In this document: piece after piece, positions 9,561-19,106 of the stretch
How the letters are laid out: every line of letters begins with the position of its first letter
Position numbering within the stretch: position 1 is the first letter of the stretch
IMG/VR virus record: IMGVR_UViG_3300031952_000001
Coordinates: 147,983-211,982 of that record
Strand: one strand, 5' to 3'
DNA length: 64,000 nt
Position numbers and translations under genes: made by a program
Notes under the pieces: model-generated
What the model was told of the DNA's origin: nothing
The model's input: the letters and a program-made list of their open reading frames with translations, nothing else
Database searches by the model: none

Positions 9561-9615
9561 AGTGTACCACAGCCTGTTTGCATTTTTAGATCTCATAACA
9601 CTTTCGTGTTATGTT
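9561..9615. promoter_or_regulatory. overlapping divergent class II promoters
   Basis: Minus: TCTAAAAATGC...TGGTACACT. Plus: TTTTAGATCTC...TGTTATGTT. Confidence 0.5.
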
Positions 9616-9622
9616 TTGCACC

Positions 9623-9979
9623 ATGCGCTTGGCCCTGTCAGATCGATCCCTTCTCAAGATTTCCGAGGCTCAGGTGGAGCCTTGGTTCGAGGATGTTCCC
9701 ATCGATAGCCTGTCTCCGACCGAGGACCTCGCCACAAAGGACCCCCGAGAAGTTGCTGACATGGCGGAGATGATGCGCCTCTCCGAGGGCTGGCCTGAAG
9801 GCATGCCTGAGATCTCCGTCCTCTACAACGGGGGTGGGGAGTACCTCATCGTCGATGGGCACCATCGGTGGCTCGCCGCCCAGGCCGCAGGGCTCGACTA
9901 CCTGCCGGCCAAGGTCTACCCCGAGGACTGGAACGATCTCTTCGATTACTCGAAAGAGTACGATTTCCGGCAGAAGTAG
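9623..9979 (+). CDS. ParB/Sulfiredoxin N-terminal domain protein
   Basis: YLIVDGHHRWLAA motif; stand-alone domain. Confidence 0.75.
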   Translation: MRLALSDRSLLKISEAQVEPWFEDVPIDSLSPTEDLATKDPREVADMAEMMRLSEGWPEGMPEISVLYNGGGEYLIVDGHHRWLAAQAAGLDYLPAKVYPEDWNDLFDYSKEYDFRQK

Positions 9980-9983
9980 CCTC

Positions 9984-10013
9984 TTGACTTCTTACCGAAG
10001 CTCCCTATATTAT
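9984..10013 (+). promoter_or_regulatory. class I promoter
   Basis: TTGACT-16-TATATT. Confidence 0.65.
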
Positions 10014-10037
10014 CAAGCAGGTTAGAAGGGAGCACGC

Positions 10038-10313
10038 ATGTCCAAGCAAACCATCAAAGAGCAGATCGCAGAAATCGACGATGGGATCCTCCTCGCGGAC
10101 GGCTTCGAGGAGGCCCTGATTGGGGTCTCTACCCAGTTCACCCGCGGGACTATCGCGCTGTACGACTGGGACAAGTGTGTGAAGATCCTGATGGAGCGTG
10201 ACAAGATGGACTACGACGAGGCCGTCGAGTTCATGGACTTCAACGTCACCGGATCCTGGGTCGGGGAGAAGACGCCGGCTTTCGCTCGGCTGATGGTCGA
10301 GGAGCCCGAATGA
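10038..10313 (+). CDS. conserved phage hypothetical protein
   Basis: LLADGFEEALIG...YD...EAVEFMDFNVTGSWVGEKTP pattern recalled from phage proteins. Confidence 0.7.
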   Translation: MSKQTIKEQIAEIDDGILLADGFEEALIGVSTQFTRGTIALYDWDKCVKILMERDKMDYDEAVEFMDFNVTGSWVGEKTPAFARLMVEEPE

Positions 10314-10585
10314 CGCGCTGGACCTGGAAAGAGCTGGCCCACGTCAATTCCTACGGGGTGGGAAAGGACCAGCAGGCTTGGCGAGACAAGTCCTACGAGG
10401 ACTTCCTCGTCACCTACGGCTACATGGGGATCCTGGCCCTGGCGATCTCCAGGAAGATGTCGCCGGCCTCGAAGAGGTCCCAGCAGAGACCTACCATTTT
10501 CGACAACCGTCCTCTCGATGCGCTTCTGGGCCTCTACCGGAGGATGTACTGGAGGACGTACGGCAAGAAGGAGTGCGAGCCATGA
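10310..10585 (+). CDS. hypothetical protein
   Basis: ATGA overlap, RBS. Confidence 0.55.
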   Translation: MTRWTWKELAHVNSYGVGKDQQAWRDKSYEDFLVTYGYMGILALAISRKMSPASKRSQQRPTIFDNRPLDALLGLYRRMYWRTYGKKECEP

Positions 10586-10797
10586 CCGAGGAGCGCGTTC
10601 CCGTCCTCCCCATCACCTGCCCGATATATCACGGCAGGGATCGCTGCAACGGCGTCCTCAACTACAAAGGCACCTTCCACACGGACATGGGCACCGCGAA
10701 CGGGGTGGACCTGAACTACTTCACGGAATACTTCGTCTGCGCGGACTGCAAGACCGAGGTGCAACGCACCTACATATGGATGGTCACTCCTCGATGA
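10582..10797 (+). CDS. small zinc-ribbon protein
   Basis: Start MTEERVP; CPxxxxxxxC...CADC. Confidence 0.5.
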   Translation: MTEERVPVLPITCPIYHGRDRCNGVLNYKGTFHTDMGTANGVDLNYFTEYFVCADCKTEVQRTYIWMVTPR

Positions 10798-10816
10798 CAA
10801 TCTTTCCCTCCAGGTC

Positions 10817-10845
10817 TTGACTTCACCTCCAGGCATGACTATATT
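10817..10845 (+). promoter_or_regulatory. class I promoter
   Basis: TTGACT-17-TATATT. Confidence 0.75.
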
Positions 10846-10870
10846 ACCAGCAGGGAAGCTAGGAGGTTCA

Positions 10871-11413
10871 ATGATCCAGATGATGCAGTCGGAAGCAGTT
10901 GTGGTGAAGATTCGGAAGGCGTTCATCGCCGGAGAGACCCAGACCGCGCTCGCGGCCAAGTACGGGTTCTCAAAAGAAGCGATTCGACAAGCCGTGCGGT
11001 ACATCACCTACAAGGACGTCGCCCCCGAGCTGATGAAGGCCTGCCTCGCTTCCGAGGCCCGGGGGAACAAGGCGCTCGATGGGAAGATCGTTGGGGAGAT
11101 GCGCAAGCTCTATCGTAAGGGTGCGACGGCCACCGAGCTGGCGGCCAAGTACGACTGTACGGTGTCGACCGTCCGGTCCGCTCTTCTGGGGAAGAGCCAA
11201 TATCCCACGAAGGTGCCACCTCTGGAAGAGCTGCGAGCGAACACTGTTCACGGGGAGCACCACCCACATGTCAAGCTCACCTCGAAACAGGTTTCCGAGA
11301 TTCGGAGACGGCGAGGTGAGGGTGAGCCCTACGCGAGTCTCATGAAGAAGTTCAAAGTCTCCTCCATGCAGATCCGGAGGATCGTGACGGGGGAGGCGAG
11401 GGCCAATGGTTGA
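10871..11413 (+). CDS. protein with three tandem HTH repeats like the DNA-binding tails of HNH endonucleases
   Basis: TQTALAAKYGFSKEAIR, TATELAAKYDCTVSTVR, GEHHPHVKLTSKQVSEIR...LMKKFKVSSMQIRRI; no HNH motif. Confidence 0.7.
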   Translation: MIQMMQSEAVVVKIRKAFIAGETQTALAAKYGFSKEAIRQAVRYITYKDVAPELMKACLASEARGNKALDGKIVGEMRKLYRKGATATELAAKYDCTVSTVRSALLGKSQYPTKVPPLEELRANTVHGEHHPHVKLTSKQVSEIRRRRGEGEPYASLMKKFKVSSMQIRRIVTGEARANG

Positions 11414-11762
11414 CCTGGACGCCTTCGCGGAGGAGCTGGCGGCGCGGGTAGAGCTTCCGCTGGATAGTCCCTCCAGCCTGACGTGGCCTTGGATCCTTTT
11501 CACGATTCTCAGTATCGTCCTGGTGAACCTCTTCGGGGCCACTGCGGCTGTGGTCGGTGGCTGCTGCGGAATGTACCTCTTTTCTTTACTCGGGTGGGCC
11601 TGGAAGAGGGTCAAGGTGCGAAGGCTATTCGTGGGCCTGGCGGTCAAGTCCCGAGCGGCGTTTCCTGATGCCGGCAAGGAGGAGGTCATCATCGGTACCC
11701 TCCTGGCGTGGAAGAACAACGGGCTCCCCCCGATCAAGGTTCGCCTGCCCGAGCACTACTAA
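11406..11762 (+). CDS. membrane protein
   Basis: Two hydrophobic segments. Confidence 0.6.
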   Translation: MVDLDAFAEELAARVELPLDSPSSLTWPWILFTILSIVLVNLFGATAAVVGGCCGMYLFSLLGWAWKRVKVRRLFVGLAVKSRAAFPDAGKEEVIIGTLLAWKNNGLPPIKVRLPEHY

Positions 11763-12484
11763 TCGAACTTGATCTTCGGGAACCTGGTCTTCTTGGCGGG
11801 GACGGGGACCTGCAAGGCCGTGCTCCCGCGGGTAGGTGCGATACCTTCGACACGCCCCCACATCTCCAGGTGCCGGCGGTTGCGTATCCGCTCGATGATC
11901 CTGGAGACCGCGGTCCCCGCGACCCCGCTGAAGCACTCCTTGCAGATGTAGGTCCGCTCTTCGGAGCGCCCTTCCAGCTTCCGCAACTCCATGTCGTCCA
12001 GGGGCAGATCGACCGTGATCTTGACGACCACATGGTCGATAGTGATGTTGATGGCGGTCGGGAAGAACTCACAGGTCAACGGGAGGACGTCCTCCTCGGT
12101 GAAGGTGTCCTTGCAGCAGACGCACTGGAAGGTGCCCTTCAAGGACTCCTTCTTGAGCTGGGCCACCTGCCTCTTCAGCTCGTCGTTCTCCTCGCGGGTC
12201 TTGTTCAGCTCTACCTGGAGATCCTCACAGAACTGCTGGCTGAGTTCGCACTGGGCGTGCTGGGCCGCCTCCGTGGGCTGGAGCTTGCCCAAGACCTGGG
12301 CCTCGGCGAACGCGCCCCAGCCGGCCCTGTAGACGTTCCAGTCGCGCATCTTGGGATCGGAGTCCTTCAGCGTTCTGTACCTCGGGCTCATCACGAGGTC
12401 GAGGAACCTCCGAGCGACCTCGTTGTCCGGATGCCGGGGGTCCAGCGCGATCTCGTCCCAGTTGTGCTTCTTGTTTTTGAACAT
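11759..12484 (-). CDS. hypothetical protein with coiled coil and CxxC pairs
   Basis: Start MFKNKKH 7 nt after TATACT (possibly leaderless); CVCC and CKEC. Confidence 0.65.
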   Translation of the reverse strand: MFKNKKHNWDEIALDPRHPDNEVARRFLDLVMSPRYRTLKDSDPKMRDWNVYRAGWGAFAEAQVLGKLQPTEAAQHAQCELSQQFCEDLQVELNKTREENDELKRQVAQLKKESLKGTFQCVCCKDTFTEEDVLPLTCEFFPTAINITIDHVVVKITVDLPLDDMELRKLEGRSEERTYICKECFSGVAGTAVSRIIERIRNRRHLEMWGRVEGIAPTRGSTALQVPVPAKKTRFPKIKFD

Positions 12485-12543
12485 GGTCTGGAGTATATAA
12501 GACAGGCCTCCCAAGCTCCACAAAAAAAGTTTGTTCAGGTATC

Positions 12544-12576
12544 TTGACAACCCATCCAAGCTGACCTATATATGCT
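12544..12576 (+). promoter_or_regulatory. class I promoter
   Basis: TTGACA-17-TATATA. Confidence 0.6.
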
Positions 12577-12598
12577 CAGTCACACAGTGGAGGGACGG

Positions 12599-12883
12599 AT
12601 GCCCAACTGCTTCAAGCACGCGAAGGACGGTATCACCATCGAGTGGGAAGTCGGAATCGACTGCCCCCTTTGTTCAGCACTGGACGAGCGCGCAATCCTG
12701 CAAGAGAGGCTCGACCAGGCTCTCGAAGAGCTGAAGACCATCCATGAGCGCTTCCAGGACATCATGGAAGAGGCCGCGGCGAGTGCACCTTCCATCCCCG
12801 CGAACAAGCGGCGCAGAGGCCCACAGGCTCCTGCCTCTCGGGACGTCTACGAAGACCTGGCGGACCTGGACGAGGGCGACTGA
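12599..12883 (+). CDS. hypothetical protein
   Basis: GGAGG RBS; CxxH...CPLC. Confidence 0.6.
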   Translation: MPNCFKHAKDGITIEWEVGIDCPLCSALDERAILQERLDQALEELKTIHERFQDIMEEAAASAPSIPANKRRRGPQAPASRDVYEDLADLDEGD

Positions 12884-12885
12884 AC

Positions 12886-13401
12886 GTGGCCCCACATCTC
12901 ATCGATACCGTGGTCACGCAGCTCCCCGAGTTCGTCGAGGGCTCCGATCCCGATGCCTACGCCCCGAGCGTGGTGCAGGCCATCGAGATGCTGAAGCCCT
13001 GGATGCACCAACTCTGCCGAATTTGGATCCGCGCCAAGGACGCCTACAGGCTGGTCGAGAACTCTGCGAACCCCGAGTACAAGCACCCTGAACTGCTGGG
13101 CCTCCCGTGGAGGGTTGCCCTGGCGCTCAAGTTCCGCGGGTTCCACCTGTACACTTGTATAGCTCTGAAATCGAAGGACTGGATGCTCGACCACGAGTAC
13201 CTGTTCCTGCTCCGTGCAACGACGTTGCCGCACTCCGTGGAGTCGCATCACCGGAAGGAATGGCCCCAGGAAGGCGAGGACTGGCTCCGGTGGATCGTGG
13301 ACTCCAGCCAGGTGATGACGTGTTTCTACGATCCTTACCAGAACCCCAAGATCAAAGAGTTCGTAAAGAAGAACGGCCGGCGCTGGCTGGGTGAGGAGTA
13401 G
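12886..13401 (+). CDS. hypothetical protein
   Basis: Packed operon, codon usage. Confidence 0.6.
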   Translation: MAPHLIDTVVTQLPEFVEGSDPDAYAPSVVQAIEMLKPWMHQLCRIWIRAKDAYRLVENSANPEYKHPELLGLPWRVALALKFRGFHLYTCIALKSKDWMLDHEYLFLLRATTLPHSVESHHRKEWPQEGEDWLRWIVDSSQVMTCFYDPYQNPKIKEFVKKNGRRWLGEE

Positions 13402-13587
13402 CGTGGAAAATCGAGACATCGAGACGGTAGGCGACCTGCGGTCCGAGCTGGAGGGTATCGAGGACTCGGCCCCCTTCTATCTTTTCGAACAGATCAGCGC
13501 AGCTTCGATGGGTAAAAAGCTCGTCGTCCGGATAGAGATGTTGGACAAAGCGGTCGTGATGAACTGCGCGACCGAGAAGGAGTAGCC

Positions 13588-14370
13588 ATGTTCAAGAAGC
13601 TCATCGACAAGATCTTCGGACGGAAGAAGCCGACGGTTCGAGACGAGATCCTGAAGGACCTGGAGAAGTTCGTTTCGATGGGCATCACCCAGACCTCCAG
13701 GTGGATCGCACCAACGAATATCACCGTCACCAACAGCACCTCGTCGATAACGAGCGGGCCAATGCTCTTCTTGAACACTGGCGGCATCATGGACTCCGGA
13801 ACTCCGGTCGGGGATCCCGAATCCTCGGACCAGCGCGTCGAGGTGACGCCCAAGGACATCGTCGCAGAGTTCGAGCAGCCGGTGGACATCAACCTGGAAG
13901 ACCTCGAACGGAAGCTGGGCCTGCTCTACGAGCGCGCCGAGCTGTACAAGACGACGATCCGGCAGCCCATCCCTCCGGACATCCGGCACGCGATCAGCAT
14001 CTTGGAGGCGCGGAAGAACTACCCGAAGCTCGCGGAGTGGATTCCCTGGAAGACCACGACGCAGGAGAAGATCAACGATCTGTGCAAGAAGTACAAGCTC
14101 TCGCACCAGGGCACCGAGGACTTCATCCCCGAGCTTCCCCAGGAAGCCGTGGACGAGATCACCGCCTACCGGAAGGTGCACGAGGCGGCGTTCTCCCACG
14201 AGCCCAAGATCACCCCTCCGGTGGTGCTCTCCATCATCGCCCCGACGAGCATGTTCAAGACTCGGAAGGGCGATCCCATCCTCCTGGCGAAGTCGCCCTT
14301 CGGCGATTTCTTCTACGTGCTCTGCGCGTGGGACGAGGAAGTCGCGTTCGTGAAAGATTTACTTGCGTAG
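13588..14370 (+). CDS. conserved phage hypothetical protein
   Basis: AAGGAG RBS; C-terminal DPILL...VLCAWDEE pattern. Confidence 0.7.
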   Translation: MFKKLIDKIFGRKKPTVRDEILKDLEKFVSMGITQTSRWIAPTNITVTNSTSSITSGPMLFLNTGGIMDSGTPVGDPESSDQRVEVTPKDIVAEFEQPVDINLEDLERKLGLLYERAELYKTTIRQPIPPDIRHAISILEARKNYPKLAEWIPWKTTTQEKINDLCKKYKLSHQGTEDFIPELPQEAVDEITAYRKVHEAAFSHEPKITPPVVLSIIAPTSMFKTRKGDPILLAKSPFGDFFYVLCAWDEEVAFVKDLLA

Positions 14371-14448
14371 TTGGTAGGCCTGCGAGGCGGCTTAGAGACC
14401 TCGACGTGAAGGACCTGCTCGCGTATCTCGAAAAACAGGAGGCCCGAG

Positions 14449-14790
14449 ATGGATGCTCTGCTGGTGAAAGACCTGCGCTTGATGAGAAAGACTACATTCG
14501 AAAACGCTGCTCCAGCTATCTTGGAGACCCACAGGATCTGCAAAAAAGTGGATCTGCCCGGCATTCCCCCGGACGGACTGGCCCTTCAAGATGCACACAT
14601 GACCATGTTGATCGACGGGGCCGTGTACGATCTCGTGAACAAGTCTCTCCTTGTGCGCATCAAGTCGGAGGCTTTCTACGAAGCGGGCATGGTGGAGCGC
14701 TCGCTGCTGGCGCACCAGGCGCTCGGCTGGGCGATGTTCCAACCCCCAGAAAACAAGGAGAGGTCCGATGACAGAAGCAAAGAGGACTAG
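14449..14790 (+). CDS. hypothetical protein
   Basis: AGGAGG RBS. Confidence 0.6.
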   Translation: MDALLVKDLRLMRKTTFENAAPAILETHRICKKVDLPGIPPDGLALQDAHMTMLIDGAVYDLVNKSLLVRIKSEAFYEAGMVERSLLAHQALGWAMFQPPENKERSDDRSKED

Positions 14791-15055
14791 CAAGAACGTT
14801 CTGGAGGCTCGAAAGATCCTCGAAGGTGACTGCGCTTCCTTGATGCCGGACAGCGGCGGGTTCTGTACCTGCCCGGCGACAAGTGATGGCGTGATCCTGT
14901 CGACGTACGGCTCGCGCGGCATCTTTCTCTCGGTGAAGAACCTCTACAATATCGTGGAGCACATTCTGGAGGGTAAGGCCCACTCCACACTCGTACTCGA
15001 CGAGTTTGACATTCCGGAAGTATCGGCCGTGGTAGAAGGAGAAGAGCCAAAATGA
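14768..15055 (+). CDS. hypothetical protein
   Basis: GGAGAGG RBS before MTEAKR. Confidence 0.55.
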   Translation: MTEAKRTSKNVLEARKILEGDCASLMPDSGGFCTCPATSDGVILSTYGSRGIFLSVKNLYNIVEHILEGKAHSTLVLDEFDIPEVSAVVEGEEPK

Positions 15056-15762
15056 CACTCGGGAAGTTCATCGTCTTCGAGGGCGCGGACGGTGCCGGCA
15101 CGACGACGCAGTCGAAGCTCCTGATGGAGGCTCTCCTAGCTCTCGGGCTGCCGGTGATTCAAACCTTCGAGCCCTCGAACAACGTGATCGGAAGGACACT
15201 GCGCGAAATCCTGTCAGGAAAGCATGGAGGTCTTGAAGTCTGGGGCTGGCGTGAGCTGTCGTACCTCTTCATGGCGGACAGGATCCACCATGTGAAGACC
15301 GTGATCGCCCCGGCCCTCAAGGCGGGGACGCACGTCATCTGCGACAGGTATTACGCGAGCACGCTCGTCTACCAGAGCACCAGCGCGCCTTCGCACAACG
15401 AGCAGCTCGACAGGATCTTTTCTCTCTTGAAAGAGATGCAGGGCCAGCCGGACTTCCTGGAACCCCACCTCTGGCTCTACCTGCGGGTCTTGGATGTCGG
15501 TGTTCTCGAAGCGCGCAGGTCGTCTCGGGGCAGCGAAGAAATCTATGAGAAGACCGAGCTTCAGCGGAAGGTTGTCGATCTCTATGAAACCTGGAGCGCC
15601 CGCACTGTGCGTCCACAGCACAGCACTGTCCGCCGGGTGGACGCAACCCGGGAGATCCGGGAGGTCTTCACCGATTGTCTTCGGAGCACCTTGCTCCTTG
15701 TCGCAGCGGAGAAGCTCGACCTGGTCGATGAGACCGTGGCGAAAGTCCTGGAGAAGATCTGA
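15052..15762 (+). CDS. tmk: thymidylate (dTMP) kinase
   Basis: FIVFEGADGAGTTTQ P-loop (Lys replaced by Thr), FEPS, LFMADR, VICDRYYASTLVYQ. Confidence 0.9.
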   Translation: MTLGKFIVFEGADGAGTTTQSKLLMEALLALGLPVIQTFEPSNNVIGRTLREILSGKHGGLEVWGWRELSYLFMADRIHHVKTVIAPALKAGTHVICDRYYASTLVYQSTSAPSHNEQLDRIFSLLKEMQGQPDFLEPHLWLYLRVLDVGVLEARRSSRGSEEIYEKTELQRKVVDLYETWSARTVRPQHSTVRRVDATREIREVFTDCLRSTLLLVAAEKLDLVDETVAKVLEKI

Positions 15763-16265
15763 TGGCCGAAGAAGAAGTCTCCATCGGGGAGCTGTACAAG
15801 CTCTCGATCTACATGCAGGGCGTCTGGTGGTACGCAGACGATGACGACAACCCCTTCGACGTCGCCATGCTCGTCTGTCCGGACGGAGACAAGATGACGT
15901 ACCTGTACACGCTGCGGGGTGCCCAGATCCAGTTCGTCAGGACCGAGAAGACACCTTCGAAGCTCTGGGCCGCGCCGAGCAAGAAGAACCCCATCATGGA
16001 CAAGTTCGGGTGGAGGATCTGGAAGGACGATGCACCCATAAACTACATGCTGCCCCCGCGGCTCTATAATGACGCTGTGAGGGACCTGCTCCAGCAGACG
16101 CAAGAGTTCCGGCAGTCGCTCTCTGAGGCTCGAAAAGTGGTCACCGCTTTCGATACCAAGATCAAAAAATCCGCCGCGCTGAAGAAGTCGCGAGCGGAGT
16201 GGGCCGCGTGGGTTGCAGAACGAAGACCGGGAGGGACAAATGGCAGCAGAGGATCTGATCGATGA
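15762..16265 (+). CDS. hypothetical protein
   Basis: TGATG coupling. Confidence 0.6.
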   Translation: MAEEEVSIGELYKLSIYMQGVWWYADDDDNPFDVAMLVCPDGDKMTYLYTLRGAQIQFVRTEKTPSKLWAAPSKKNPIMDKFGWRIWKDDAPINYMLPPRLYNDAVRDLLQQTQEFRQSLSEARKVVTAFDTKIKKSAALKKSRAEWAAWVAERRPGGTNGSRGSDR

Positions 16266-16716
16266 CACTGAGGGCAGAGACCTCATTGATGACTTCCTGA
16301 AGAGGCAAAAACCCTTACTGGAAGATCTGACCGCTCGACAGAAGGAGATCCTGAGCATCATCTCCAGCCACATGGTTCGGGAAGGAGTCTCTCCCTCTCT
16401 AAGAGAGATCGGTCGCGATGCCGGCATCGCTTCTCTCAATGGAGTGGTTGACCACCTGAAGGCCTTGATCCGCAAAGGGTGGCTCCGGAACTCGGGGAAG
16501 GGGCGTGCCCGCGGGTACGTTTTGAGCGCCGCAGCTACAGGGGTTGTTCCCGGGGTGTCCAAGAATGTGAACCACATCACCTTGAGGAAGCTGAACGACT
16601 TCATTCGAGACTTTCCGGACAACGTCCTGGCTGATCTGGCATCTTGCGAAACCCCGCAGGACGGGGCCTTGCTTATCGTCAATCTCGTGGACGACATCCT
16701 GTCGGGCAACTACTAG
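16240..16716 (+). CDS. LexA N-terminal DNA-binding domain protein lacking the autoprotease domain
   Basis: LTARQKEIL...SPSLREIG...GIASLNGVVDHLKALIRKGWL; no Ala-Gly site or GDSM Ser motif. Confidence 0.8.
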   Translation: MAAEDLIDDTEGRDLIDDFLKRQKPLLEDLTARQKEILSIISSHMVREGVSPSLREIGRDAGIASLNGVVDHLKALIRKGWLRNSGKGRARGYVLSAAATGVVPGVSKNVNHITLRKLNDFIRDFPDNVLADLASCETPQDGALLIVNLVDDILSGNY

Positions 16717-17307
16717 ATGGTCACCTCGGTCCGGTTCCTCCAGAAGTTCTGTTGCTTCGAGCCGGGCGACACCTTCGAGTTCCGTCCTGGGGTGAACCTG
16801 CTCGTCGGCGACCAGGGCTGCGGGAAAAGCTCCTTGATGAACGCGATCCGTCTCTCGGATCGAAAGAACCCTGTCGTCGAGGTCGTGCTGGGGCAGCGGG
16901 GTGCGAAGGTGTTCGCCTTCGACTTCGAGCGGGACAACCCGCGGATGCGCTCCATGTCGTCCGAAGGTGACCTGTCCTACCAGATGAAGGCGGCCTGGGG
17001 CTCCCATGGGGAGTCCGTGAAGAGCATCCTCTCGGGGCTCCTGCCGGCCGTGCAGGGGCAGCTGCGGAAGCACCCTGATCTGACCCCGCTGGTCCTGCTC
17101 GACGAGCCCGACATCGGGCTGAGCATCCGCAGCTGCTACCGGGTGATCGGGGTCCTCCTGAAGCTGGAAGCGTTGGGTGCCCAGATCCTCTGCGCGGTCC
17201 ACAACCCTACGGTGATCGAGGCCTTTCCTCAGGTCCTGAGCCTGGAAGATCGGGAGTGGCTGGCATCCGAGGTGTTCATCGAACGTCAACGTCGTCACGA
17301 GCTTTAG
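16717..17307 (+). CDS. small ABC-type/AAA ATPase
   Basis: Walker A GDQGCGKSS, signature-like SHGES, Walker B LVLLDEPD, H-loop AVHNP. Confidence 0.85.
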   Translation: MVTSVRFLQKFCCFEPGDTFEFRPGVNLLVGDQGCGKSSLMNAIRLSDRKNPVVEVVLGQRGAKVFAFDFERDNPRMRSMSSEGDLSYQMKAAWGSHGESVKSILSGLLPAVQGQLRKHPDLTPLVLLDEPDIGLSIRSCYRVIGVLLKLEALGAQILCAVHNPTVIEAFPQVLSLEDREWLASEVFIERQRRHEL

Positions 17308-17334
17308 AACCTGTTCAGACCTCCGTGGTACACT
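17303..17334 (+). promoter_or_regulatory. class II promoter
   Basis: TTTAGAACC...TGGTACACT with class II spacing. Confidence 0.55.
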
Positions 17335-17358
17335 GCTCGGTGCCACAAGGAGGCACCG

Positions 17359-19050
17359 ATGACGCCGACCAAGATCCTCATCATCACTGTCGTGGGCAAC
17401 GCGCATCTCTCCATCGAAGGGATCCACGTCCGGGTGAAGGTGGATCCTCTCCATCCAGACTCGGTGTTTCTGCACGAAGTTCAGGAGGACTTTGAATTCC
17501 TGTACAACCTGGCGAGCTTCGTGGAGTCCGGCAAGGCCATCGTCACGATGGACGGAGACGTACTGACCGCGGATGTAGTGCGGTCCTTGGCGGAGCGTGA
17601 CACCTCCGAGATCGTGGGTGGTGGCGAGTTCACCAAGCTGACCGACGTTCCTCAGTCCTACGCCGGCCAGGCCGGAAAGGTCGTCAAGGTCAACCCGACT
17701 GCGACCGGCCTGGAGTTCGGGGTCGGGGGCGGCGGCGCGGGGGCCTTCACGGACCTCTCGGATGTCCCGGGTACCTACGTGGGTCAGTCCTTGAAGCTGG
17801 TTCGAGTCAACGTGGCTGAAGGCGGGTTGGAGTTCGTGGTGCCCCCCGCCACCCTGCCAGACCTCTCGGTGGTCCTGGGGAAGATCGATGCAGCGCTGGC
17901 GGCTCCCGCGACCGTGATCGTGTCAGGAGTCGGGGCCGGCGACCTCCAGACGGCCATCGCCGCCGCGGCGGACGGAGACGTGATCGAGGTCCGGACGAAC
18001 GCGACCTACAGCCCGATCACCCTGCCGTCGACCATGGTGCTCACCATCAGGGCCGGCATCGGCTACGGCCCCATGCTGACCGGGCTCAAGTGCATCCAGA
18101 TCCTGGATGGGGCGCATGATCACATCGTCAGCGGGTTCGGCTTTACGGCCTACACGACCGACGACAACAACGCCCAAGGTGCAGGGATCACGTTCCGCGA
18201 TCAAGGTTCAAAGTGCCAGGATCTCATCTTCCACAACCTGCACTTCGAGGAGGTCACCGCCGGCTCTGCGGTGCTCATGTCCTTCCATCGGAGCGTCGGC
18301 CCAGACGACTACGCCAACCCGCCACAGCCCGCGGAGATGTCGGACGGCATCTCGTTCGTCTCCTGCTCGTTCTACAAGGCGTGCAAGGACGGCACCGAGG
18401 GCGCGGCACTCCTTTTGCGAGGGTTCAACAAACCGATCTTCTACGGCTGCTACGTGGATGGTGCGGCTCTGAACTCCCGGGGGTTCATGCTCCAGAACTG
18501 CACGAACTTCCGGGTGGAAGGGAATCGGATCCAGTCGTTCACTGGGAACGGCGAGGGGCTCAAGATCGACTCCATTGGGCTCCCGGTCGCTGTCCGGAAC
18601 ACAGGGTACGTCATCGACAACGACGCCTACAAGTGCATCGAGGGGATCGACTGTGACGACGACTGCGACGTGGTCGTGCTCAACAACCGCTGTGTCGAGT
18701 GCACCGACGAAGGCATCTCCATCGACGGGGGTGCCGCGCCGGCCATCGCTCGGGTCTTGGCGGTCGGGAACATCTGCACTCTTGGGACCCGAGGCATCTA
18801 CGCCGAGGCGGGCTCTATCTGCGAGCTGTCGGGGAACTCGTGCTTCGGGAACACGACCGACTACTCCATCCTGAACGGCTACGTGCTCCCAGGCTCGAAC
18901 CTCACCACGCTCGGACCTGCCCGCAGGTACGTTCCGGCTCAAGGGGTTCCGTACATTCCCGCGGCCCCCGGCAACTGGGTGGGACCGGTCCCGACGACCG
19001 TGGCGGCTGCCCTCGACCGGATCGCAGCGGCAATCGGTCCCATCCCGTAG
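17359..19050 (+). CDS. virion spike/fibre protein with right-handed beta-helix (pectin lyase-like) domain
   Basis: Two FTxLxDVPxxYxGQ...VNxxxxGLEF repeats, DLQTAIAAAADGDVIEV, beta-helix periodicity. Confidence 0.75.
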   Translation: MTPTKILIITVVGNAHLSIEGIHVRVKVDPLHPDSVFLHEVQEDFEFLYNLASFVESGKAIVTMDGDVLTADVVRSLAERDTSEIVGGGEFTKLTDVPQSYAGQAGKVVKVNPTATGLEFGVGGGGAGAFTDLSDVPGTYVGQSLKLVRVNVAEGGLEFVVPPATLPDLSVVLGKIDAALAAPATVIVSGVGAGDLQTAIAAAADGDVIEVRTNATYSPITLPSTMVLTIRAGIGYGPMLTGLKCIQILDGAHDHIVSGFGFTAYTTDDNNAQGAGITFRDQGSKCQDLIFHNLHFEEVTAGSAVLMSFHRSVGPDDYANPPQPAEMSDGISFVSCSFYKACKDGTEGAALLLRGFNKPIFYGCYVDGAALNSRGFMLQNCTNFRVEGNRIQSFTGNGEGLKIDSIGLPVAVRNTGYVIDNDAYKCIEGIDCDDDCDVVVLNNRCVECTDEGISIDGGAAPAIARVLAVGNICTLGTRGIYAEAGSICELSGNSCFGNTTDYSILNGYVLPGSNLTTLGPARRYVPAQGVPYIPAAPGNWVGPVPTTVAAALDRIAAAIGPIP

Positions 19051-19055
19051 GCCTC

Positions 19056-19087
19056 TTTTAAAAATCCAGAGAGACCTGTAGTATAGT
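19056..19087 (+). promoter_or_regulatory. class II promoter
   Basis: TTTTAAAAATCC-N14-TATAGT. Confidence 0.75.
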
Positions 19088-19106
19088 TCGAGCACGGAGG
19101 ACCTCC

